DNA of 64,000 bases from a virus. Lineage: Duplodnaviria; Caudoviricetes. The notes under the pieces are model-generated. The model did no database searches and was not told where the DNA came from. It saw only the letters and a program-made list of their open reading frames with translations. The stretch covers positions 32,001-96,000 of the IMG/VR virus record IMGVR_UViG_2718218393_000006; one strand, 5' to 3'. A program made the translations under genes and the position numbers. This document shows positions 57,653 to 64,000 of this stretch, piece by piece. The first letter of the stretch is position 1. Each line of letters begins with the position of its first letter.

Positions 57653-57685
57653 CAGAGATGCCATGGCACCATTCAGAGATGGCAT
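57653..57685. promoter_or_regulatory. Putative operator of the xre-luxR operon
   Basis: CAGAGATG(C/G)CAT repeated 21 bp apart. Confidence 0.4.
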
Positions 57686-57703
57686 TACATCACAATCGGG
57701 CGC

Positions 57704-57728
57704 AAAAAAGCCCGCGTGAGCGGGCTTG
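57704..57728 (-). terminator. Intrinsic terminator downstream of the ParA-like gene
   Basis: AAGCCCGC-loop-GCGGGCTT + T-tract on the minus strand. Confidence 0.7.
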
Positions 57729-57890
57729 TTGCGGGCGCCAGGTGTTTTTATCTGAACGGGTGGGCTCAGCCTGGGCTTGAGGTGAGTCTGCCGGTGGTGG
57801 CCGGCGCGGTCAAGACAAAGGAAAACCCGCCGGAGCGGGTTAGGGAAATTGGCAAGTATATTTTGCCGCTTCAAGCGGAAGGATTGTAAA

Positions 57891-58928
57891 TTACAACACA
57901 CTAACTAAATAGGCCAACTCTCTCTGGTAGCGGGTAACAGACGAATTTACTTGAAGCCTCTTCCCTTCCACAGTATGAAAACCACCTATTTGAAGCTTTG
58001 AAATAGGGATGCTTTTTGCACCACTAATTCGACCTGAAGAAACGAAATCATCAGTTAGAACAAATGCATCCGCAGGATCTGACACATCAAAAGCATGATA
58101 AAATTTTTCTGCAATTGAAAGCGCACGCTCGACATACATTTTTGATGCTCTATCAGGCGTGGAACGTATTCGACTTTTCGAACCTACCATTGTCATGACA
58201 ATTGCAGCTACTTTAGGCACTGACAATCCCCCAGCACGTTCATTCCATACCGCAAAATCTCGCTTATTATTATGAAGCATATCCAACGTAAGCTCCAGCG
58301 ACTCAATAGAGTGCTCGTCTACTCGCACAGGTATAACCAATGCGTCTGCAGCACACCATGCAAGATGGGTTCCGCCCGCATAAAATGGGCTTGTATCGAT
58401 GAGAACGCCTTCAGCTTTTTTTTCTTTTGCCTCTTCCGCTAGAACATTTTTCAAGCTCTCCAGCAAAGACTTCACAGCTTTGGGATTGCTTTGCGAGTGC
58501 GCCAGCTGCAGCTGCTGATAAAGTGTCGAAGGAAATGCAAACATTTCAGCATCTCCAGGAACAACATAGCTCGGCTTTGTTGTTTTAAAAGCACCACAAT
58601 ATTGAGAAACTCTATATGAAAGATCAGATGGCTTTTCACCAAATGCAGGACCAAGCAGTACAGGCTGCAAGCCCTTTAGAATAGTCACCTCTGGAGTTTC
58701 ATCACGCATTAGAGTTTCACTCAGATTGCACTGAGGGCAAACATCTGCGACAAGCATTGGCCTTCTGATACTCATTTCAAATGCCAAATTGAAGCTAAGC
58801 GTGGACTTGCCGACACCACCTCGTAGTGTAGTGACGGCATAGTTTTTGTATTTTAAATCTCCCGCTCTGACGAAGCCTTCTTCCACGACTTTTCGATGCG
58901 TTTCAAAGATTTTATCCAGGCCACCCAT
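57891..58928 (-). CDS. Orphan ParA/MinD-family ATPase (345 aa), low GC
   Basis: LRGGVGKST, ADVCPQCNLS, LIDTSP, ADALVIPV; no ParB partner. Confidence 0.85.
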   Translation of the reverse strand: MGGLDKIFETHRKVVEEGFVRAGDLKYKNYAVTTLRGGVGKSTLSFNLAFEMSIRRPMLVADVCPQCNLSETLMRDETPEVTILKGLQPVLLGPAFGEKPSDLSYRVSQYCGAFKTTKPSYVVPGDAEMFAFPSTLYQQLQLAHSQSNPKAVKSLLESLKNVLAEEAKEKKAEGVLIDTSPFYAGGTHLAWCAADALVIPVRVDEHSIESLELTLDMLHNNKRDFAVWNERAGGLSVPKVAAIVMTMVGSKSRIRSTPDRASKMYVERALSIAEKFYHAFDVSDPADAFVLTDDFVSSGRISGAKSIPISKLQIGGFHTVEGKRLQVNSSVTRYQRELAYLVSVL

Positions 58929-58970
58929 TTTAGCTTCCCCAAATGTTGAGTTTGTACGGCAGACGAGTTG

Positions 58971-58999
58971 AGCATAGCATGCAGGTGGTGCAGGTGCAA
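58971..58999 (-). promoter_or_regulatory. Sigma70-type promoter of the ParA-like gene, embedded in the proximal repeat
   Basis: TTGCAC-17 bp-TATGCT with extended TGn. Confidence 0.6.
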
Positions 59000-59134
59000 C
59001 GAAGAAGTGCAGGTGGTGCAGGTGAAACGAAGAAGTGCAGGTGGTGCAGGTGCAACGAATAAGTGCAGGTGATGCAGGTGAAACGAAGAAGTGCAGGTGG
59101 CGCAGGTGCAACGAAGAAGTGCAGGTGGTGCAGG
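58980..59134. repeat. Tandem array of 5.5 x 28 bp: TGCAGGTGGTGCAGGTG(C/A)AACGAAGAAG
   Basis: Units start at 58980, 59008, 59036, 59064, 59092, 59120. Confidence 0.95.
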
Positions 59135-59232
59135 AGTTGACGGTAAAAATAAAGAGAGCACTCAACTGCGCCAAGCCTCGGCCGGTTCATCACCATTCAA
59201 GTGGCGGGGCAGAGATTGGGCTCCGACACCTG

Positions 59233-59427
59233 CTATATGGACACATACCGCCAAGTCTTGAGCCCCATCTTGAGTGCGGCAAACTTGGCGGATTCCTTGT
59301 TGCCCCATAGCGGGGTAGCGCTCAGATCCAGGGCTTCGGCCAGTGTGTGGCCGGCCTCGGGCTTGTCGCGCTGGTACACGTACCACTTCACCTTATCGCC
59401 AGTCGTTGCCAGTACGTAGGTCGCCAT
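59233..59427 (-). CDS. Hypothetical protein (64 aa)
   Basis: MATYVLATTGDKVKW...; AAGGG RBS. Confidence 0.55.
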   Translation of the reverse strand: MATYVLATTGDKVKWYVYQRDKPEAGHTLAEALDLSATPLWGNKESAKFAALKMGLKTWRYVSI

Positions 59428-59489
59428 GTTGAGCCCTTTAACTGTCGGCATCTCCGCAGCACGCACTCGTCCACCGTTTGCGGCTGTCT

Positions 59490-59903
59490 TTATTTCTTCT
59501 CAAGCCAATAATGCATCCGACTGTCCGGGTCCTCCATCAAGGATTTGCACATGTCGGAATACTGGAAGAGCAGTCCATCAAAACCTTCGTTTGCTAAGGC
59601 TTTTGACTCGATCTGGGTGTGTAGCAGGAGCTTTGATCGAGCGTATTCCGGCGGCTGCCCCTCCATCAGCACTTCAAGCATCTGCATCGCATGGAGAGCA
59701 GATGTCTTACTTGCCTTTGCAGCTGCCTTCCATTTGCTGTCCGTCCGCCCTGATTCTTCTGAGACCGTTGAAACAATTGTGTAGTAAGCGGCGCATGCAG
59801 CCATGTCGTCCGCGAGATTTGCAATGGCCGTTGGTGTGTCATATGCCTTTGCAGGGCTGGTAGCCAACAGGCCAATGCTGGCCGCCAATACACACACCTT
59901 CAT
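59490..59903 (-). CDS. Exported hypothetical protein
   Basis: Signal peptide ending AKA; CAAYY...C. Confidence 0.6.
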   Translation of the reverse strand: MKVCVLAASIGLLATSPAKAYDTPTAIANLADDMAACAAYYTIVSTVSEESGRTDSKWKAAAKASKTSALHAMQMLEVLMEGQPPEYARSKLLLHTQIESKALANEGFDGLLFQYSDMCKSLMEDPDSRMHYWLEKK

Positions 59904-59979
59904 CTCTGTCCCATCAGATGCGGCAGACGCCTCTGTCGCAACTCCGTGAACACAGACTTTTCGTCGAAGCCGCCGGACA

Positions 59980-60375
59980 TCAGCATCCCAGCCATGGCGC
60001 AATATCCGACTTGTTCTGCACCGCATCCGCCCAGGTACTCATCGGAGTAGCTTTGCCGTTCTTAATCGTCCAGCGCATCAAAAACTCTCTGTAGTAGCGA
60101 GCATCATCCGGTGTTGGTGGCGGCGCCGCGGCGATGATGTGCAGCAGCTGATTTTTAGGGTCGCCTCCAGTGTTCGTCAGCTCCGAAAATCTCTTGTCGA
60201 TCTTGAAGCGGCAGGCCTTAAAGGCGTCCCACGCCGTGCCGTGCGCCGCGCTAGGGATCGCCTTCAGCGCAGCCTCAATCCGTGTCATCGAATCGGCGTA
60301 AGTTGCGGTCGGCACCAGAGCCAGGATGCAAGCGAATACCCATACCTTCACAACCCTCTCCTTTACCCGCATCAA
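59980..60375 (-). CDS. Exported hypothetical protein
   Basis: Signal peptide ending TYA. Confidence 0.55.
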   Translation of the reverse strand: MMRVKERVVKVWVFACILALVPTATYADSMTRIEAALKAIPSAAHGTAWDAFKACRFKIDKRFSELTNTGGDPKNQLLHIIAAAPPPTPDDARYYREFLMRWTIKNGKATPMSTWADAVQNKSDIAPWLGC

Positions 60376-60408
60376 AGGGCGGCTCGGTCACTTACCCCTG
60401 CCAGAGCC

Positions 60409-60831
60409 TCAGTCTGTAGCCGTCTGTACAACTGACATAGAGGCTGACTGGTCGATCAGCACTCGGAAGCGAGCCTCCTGCTCGGCCCCCGCCACGCCGG
60501 CCACCTCCTTCAGATTGCCACCACAAAACGCTCCGTTCGGTTCAGCGCCAATCACTACCGATCCCGGGTTGCTCCTCAATCTGACAACCTCGCCAGCCCC
60601 TAGGAGGGCGCGCAACTTTCCATTCACGTAGATGCGGGTATCACAGGCTGAGCCGACCATTCCAGCGTCACGCTTCACCAGTATCTGCGCACTCCCTTCA
60701 CCAATATCCATGACTTTGCTCGGCTCTACCGGCCTTGCTTTTGCAAAAGAAACTGGCTGCGTCGCGCAGGCGCTCAGGACAAGTGAAAAAGCAATGCACA
60801 TTGAAATTTTCCACATGTGAAGCAAACCCAA
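60409..60831 (-). CDS. Lipoprotein
   Basis: Lipobox LSAC; KRDAGMVGSAC motif. Confidence 0.75.
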   Translation of the reverse strand: MGLLHMWKISMCIAFSLVLSACATQPVSFAKARPVEPSKVMDIGEGSAQILVKRDAGMVGSACDTRIYVNGKLRALLGAGEVVRLRSNPGSVVIGAEPNGAFCGGNLKEVAGVAGAEQEARFRVLIDQSASMSVVQTATD

Positions 60832-60898
60832 TGGTTGACATTGGCATCTTACACTTGGCTACAAGCCAAGCCAATCTGCATTACTTTATCGGGATCGA

Positions 60899-61504
60899 TC
60901 ATGCCAAAAGTAGTTTGATGAAACTCAGCACCGCCAATGGACCCCGGTGCCTAATTTCCTCTGCCAGCTTCTCGTCAGACAACTTGGGCAGCATGCCTAC
61001 CGTGGCATGATTATTGTCCAGCCACGCGTTCGGAAGGCCAGCAGCCACTTCGATCTTCCTGGCGATCTCATCACCGCAGCGCCGCTCCCCTGACTTGACG
61101 GTGCTTAAGTAAGAGGGCGATGTCCCTACCTCGCTGGCAAGCTTTGCCGCCATGCCACGAATTGCCAAAATGGACATAAGGTTATCTCGGCGAATTCCAT
61201 ATACGTCCTTCAGCTCGCCAAGGGGTTCTACGGGAACGTCTGCATCCCCGCCTCCAGGGAAGTCCATCCAGCCTCTCGGCTTACCAACAGCGGCCTCAAT
61301 CTTTCTGGCCAGCAATTCCCCCACCCTCTTCTTGTCGTTCTTCACCTGACTTAAGTAATTCGGCTTGATCCCAAGCTTGCTCGCCAGCTCGGCCGTTGCC
61401 CCTCGGCGTGCCACAAGTGAAAACAGCTTCTCCTTGCGCACTTCGAAAACGTCGGCAAATCCGTGCCCCTCTTCACGCTGCGTCTCTTCGTCATCATCGC
61501 TCAT
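60899..61504 (-). CDS. Repressor-like protein with two tandem CI-type HTH domains
   Basis: Two repeats of LAS..G..P.YLS.VK...R..G...ARKIE.A.G.P..W.D; GGAGG RBS. Confidence 0.8.
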   Translation of the reverse strand: MSDDDEETQREEGHGFADVFEVRKEKLFSLVARRGATAELASKLGIKPNYLSQVKNDKKRVGELLARKIEAAVGKPRGWMDFPGGGDADVPVEPLGELKDVYGIRRDNLMSILAIRGMAAKLASEVGTSPSYLSTVKSGERRCGDEIARKIEVAAGLPNAWLDNNHATVGMLPKLSDEKLAEEIRHRGPLAVLSFIKLLLA

Positions 61505-61562
61505 TCCAACCTCCCGTCTCCAATGCCAGCATCTTACAGCCATGGGTTGGGCGGCGTGGCGG

Positions 61563-61649
61563 GCAATTACACAATGTAATTGCATTAAAGCAACACAACC
61601 AATTGGAAATATCATTTTGTTATTGATTGATGAATATCTGTTTGTTATT
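61563..61649. promoter_or_regulatory. OL-like operators plus a second palindrome
   Basis: AATATCATTTTGTTATT 61608-61624 and AATATCTGTTTGTTATT 61633-61649 match the OR motif; GCAATTACA-CAA-TGTAATTGC 61563-61583. Confidence 0.65.
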
Positions 61650-61680
61650 GTTACCCCATCAGCACAGCAACACAGTGCAC

Positions 61681-62090
61681 CGATCTCTAACAACCAGCAG
61701 CGATACGGCACAGCCCAGGGCGCGCAGCAAGGCACCCCCTGTCAGGTCTCAGACCTGAGGAAGCGATGGCCAAGTCATGCAGAAGCACCTGCATGTCGCG
61801 CAAGAGGTTCGCAAGGAGCGGACCAATGACAGCGCAAGCGCCCACCCCACCGTGGCGAGTAACGGGGGAGTGAAGTAGAAGGCCGCTTTGAGAGAGGCGG
61901 CACACTGGATGGGATCGCGCACTGGACATGCGCAAGCGGCGGCAACCGCGAGGCCCAAGCTGGAAAGTAGGTGTCTGCCAGCCTCATCCAGTGTGAGCGG
62001 TAAACAGGCGAGAGCGGCCTGAGTAAAACGGCTTATGCGACTGGCCCGGTCGTTAAACGGGCACCCACACGCCTGGGTCCTTTGGCTGGA
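61681..62090 (+). ncRNA. Putative large structured RNA in the early (pL-like) leader, after a boxA-like sequence
   Basis: Nested stems, long-range CACACTGGATG/CATCCAGTGTG, several GNRA-like loops, no convincing ORF. Confidence 0.5.
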
Positions 62091-62148
62091 CAGCGCCAAG
62101 AGCGGGCCTCCTCAGTTCCCAGCCGTGTAGGTCAACGCCAGGAGAAGC

Positions 62149-62292
62149 ATGGATATATTTTTGCTCTGGCTTTGGATTCTGATTGGTTGGCGCCCGCGAG
62201 AGCGACTTTCCTCGCGCGGCAAGGAAGTCAGATCCACTACGGCAGTAGCATCGCCACCACCTCAGATGGCCTGCGCGAAGGGCGCGCAGTAG
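62149..62292 (+). CDS. Small hydrophobic peptide (47 aa, MDIFLLWLWILIGWRPRER...)
   Basis: AGGAG RBS; below the ORF-track cutoff. Confidence 0.35.
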   Translation: MDIFLLWLWILIGWRPRERLSSRGKEVRSTTAVASPPPQMACAKGAQ

Positions 62293-62351
62293 CCATCGCC
62301 AACCTGAGAGACGGGCCGCTTCGGCGGCCGAGACAACTGAAAGGACATCGC

Positions 62352-62531
62352 ATGAGCGAACAGGGTTTCACGAAGGGCCAGGCGGTCAGCTTCACCACCA
62401 TCCACGGCCGCGAAGGTAAAGGCAAGATCATCGACATCACCAAGGGCGCCAAGGGCGACTTCATCAAAGTGCAGGAAGACGGCAGCGACAAGGTGACATC
62501 CTGCCGCCCGAAGCAGCTGAAGGCCGCCTAA
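62352..62531 (+). CDS. Small SH3/Tudor-like beta protein (59 aa)
   Basis: AAGGA RBS; FTKGQAVSF...GKGKII. Confidence 0.65.
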   Translation: MSEQGFTKGQAVSFTTIHGREGKGKIIDITKGAKGDFIKVQEDGSDKVTSCRPKQLKAA

Positions 62532-62948
62532 GCCGCCGCCGGCGACAGCCGGCTGCATTGCTGAACGCCTTGTGCGAGCAAGTGTAGCGCTGGCCGCGCT
62601 TACCGGGCGCCACCCGGGCAGGAGCCACAAGACGTTCAGCAATGCAGTGTAGACCCCCGTACTGTGCCGGGGCCGCTTCGGCGGGACACCTTCCGGTTGC
62701 GCACCCCAACCGACTGCGCAGATGGGTGGGTCACAGAACACCGTAGACCCTTGCAGCAGCGCCGGCAGCCTTCACAGGTAGTCTGATGCCGGTAGGACCG
62801 CTGATTTCAGCGGTGGGGCCGAGGGCCACGCCCTCCCCGGCTGGATGATGGATCATGCCAGTCGCCCCACCCCTGCGATTCGCAGGTTTCTCCTCAGTTT
62901 TCCTTAATTTACCCGGCCCTCGCGCCGGGTTTCTTTTTGGAGTTCGCC

Positions 62949-63128
62949 ATGCACACCTTCACCGTCGAATTCGTGCCGCGCGCCAAGACCAAGGGTGCCA
63001 CCCTCCGCATCGAGGGTGTGCAGGCATCAGACAGACACTCCGCCATCATCCGCGCCGCCAGCCAGGAGCGAATCAACGCTGCCAACTACAAGCCGCGCGC
63101 CACCCTTCAGCGAAAGGAAGCAGCATGA
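62949..63128 (+). CDS. Early phage hypothetical protein
   Basis: GGAG RBS; coupled chain of small ORFs. Confidence 0.55.
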   Translation: MHTFTVEFVPRAKTKGATLRIEGVQASDRHSAIIRAASQERINAANYKPRATLQRKEAA

Positions 63129-63373
63129 TCGCCAACGCTACCGCGACGCCGGCCGCCGCGCAGATCAACGTCGACTGTCGCAAACTGCAGGCCGCCAACT
63201 CCGGCTGCTATGCAGTGCATGCGATGTCCGGGTTTCGCGTCCACTTCCAGTATCCACGCACCCGCCGCCGCATCGACAACCTGATCGTGCTGGCCCGCAG
63301 CAAGGGCGAGGCGCTGGATCGCGCCGGCGCCATGCTGCCCGATTACCTCCCCACTGGAATGTCGCGGCTATGA
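63125..63373 (+). CDS. Early phage hypothetical protein
   Basis: ATGA-coupled; AAGGAAG RBS. Confidence 0.5.
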   Translation: MIANATATPAAAQINVDCRKLQAANSGCYAVHAMSGFRVHFQYPRTRRRIDNLIVLARSKGEALDRAGAMLPDYLPTGMSRL

Positions 63374-63468
63374 AGGCGCGGATCAAATACGCCCTGGGCG
63401 GGCTCGTCGCCACCTCCCTCTTCTTCGCCGCAGTCACTTTGGCTCAGGCCGTGGAGCAACTCCAATGA
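63370..63468 (+). CDS. Small hydrophobic early protein
   Basis: ATGA-coupled on both sides. Confidence 0.4.
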   Translation: MKARIKYALGGLVATSLFFAAVTLAQAVEQLQ

Positions 63469-63734
63469 CCGCACGTCAGTTCCTCCCTATTCAAGGTGCC
63501 ATCGCCCGCCACATTTACGGCGAACGCCTTGCCGCAACTCAGCCACTCGACTGTCCGCCGGCGCAGAGCGACTGGTCCGACGCAGACAGTTGCGAGGCCA
63601 CCATGGCGATGGCCGCGCAGGTGCTGTCGCTTGTCAACGCGATGCCGGACGGGCCGGCACGGCGCCAAACAGTTCGATTGCTGGAGTCGGCTCGTGCGAG
63701 CTACGCCCAGGCAGTGACGAGGGATGCCGCGTGA
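63465..63734 (+). CDS. Early phage hypothetical protein
   Basis: GGAG RBS; coupled. Confidence 0.5.
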   Translation: MTARQFLPIQGAIARHIYGERLAATQPLDCPPAQSDWSDADSCEATMAMAAQVLSLVNAMPDGPARRQTVRLLESARASYAQAVTRDAA

Positions 63735-63946
63735 TCCGCACCATCCCTCTCGATCGGATGCACAACACCTTGAAGTCGCGCCAGATCCAGCAAGGCGGAT
63801 CGTTGAAAGACACCCCGCCGCACGCCAGGCGCGCCGCCAAAAAACAGCGCGAGCGCCATGTGATCGAGGACATCCTCTTTCAGCTCAACGCGCCTTTAAC
63901 GAATAGGAGCAACAAGGATGATCGCAAACCTCTCAGGCGCGTCTGA
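63731..63946 (+). CDS. Early phage hypothetical basic protein
   Basis: GTGA-coupled. Confidence 0.4.
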   Translation: MIRTIPLDRMHNTLKSRQIQQGGSLKDTPPHARRAAKKQRERHVIEDILFQLNAPLTNRSNKDDRKPLRRV

Positions 63947-64000
63947 GCTGATCAGCGCCGCCAACCTGCTGGCCGAGTTTGTTGCCCGGGTGAACAGCTA

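Larger units (their letters stand above)
15382..64000. mobile_element. Prophage 2: lambdoid siphovirus; integrase and far att outside window
   Basis: Complete lysis, tail, head, nin, replication and immunity modules in lambdoid order. Confidence 0.93.

Noticed and set aside
58980-59134. CRISPR array
   Set aside because: The units are contiguous with no unique spacers, and no cas genes are present.
57891-59134. Canonical type III toxin-antitoxin (ToxIN/CptIN/TenpIN)
   Set aside because: The protein is a P-loop ATPase, not a ToxN-like RNase, and no terminator separates repeats from gene. Kept only as an analogy.
58929-59174. Cys/His-rich N-terminal extension of the ParA-like ORF (427 aa call), and other ORFs over the array
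   Set aside because: It is a translation of the 28-bp repeat cycling through frames. A promoter and RBS point to the ATG at 58928.

Overview
The window holds no host housekeeping genes. It contains two tailed-phage prophages in tandem, separated by the 3' part of a tRNA-Ser(UGA) (15324-15381) that acts as an att junction. The host is a high-GC proteobacterium; Chromobacterium-like is my inference from gene families and is not proven. Element 1 (1-15381, minus strand, truncated on the left) has a tyrosine recombinase, a putative late activator, TerS/TerL, portal, head morphogenesis protein and a fused Mu-I-like protease/scaffold/capsid gene. Low-GC morons (SIR2 + membrane protein, and a second membrane protein) sit directly upstream of two copies of a conserved late-promoter motif. 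Element 2 (15382-64000, truncated on the right) is a lambdoid siphovirus prophage. It carries a ParA/ParG-like partition cassette with centromere-like repeats, WGR-nuc-umuDC-SRAP cargo, lysis, tail (with a G/GT frameshift), head, morons including a candidate type III effector, nin/replication genes and an expanded immunity region. The immunity region is the most novel part. It has an AHL-type LuxR solo with an 18-bp lux/tra-box-like palindrome ahead of a small ORF, and three HTH repressors with no autocleavage domain that share a C-terminal helical motif. It also has an orphan ParA-like ATPase whose promoter is built into a 5.5 x 28-bp tandem array, and a long, highly structured early-promoter leader RNA. 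All functional calls come from motif recognition by eye; no database searches were run.
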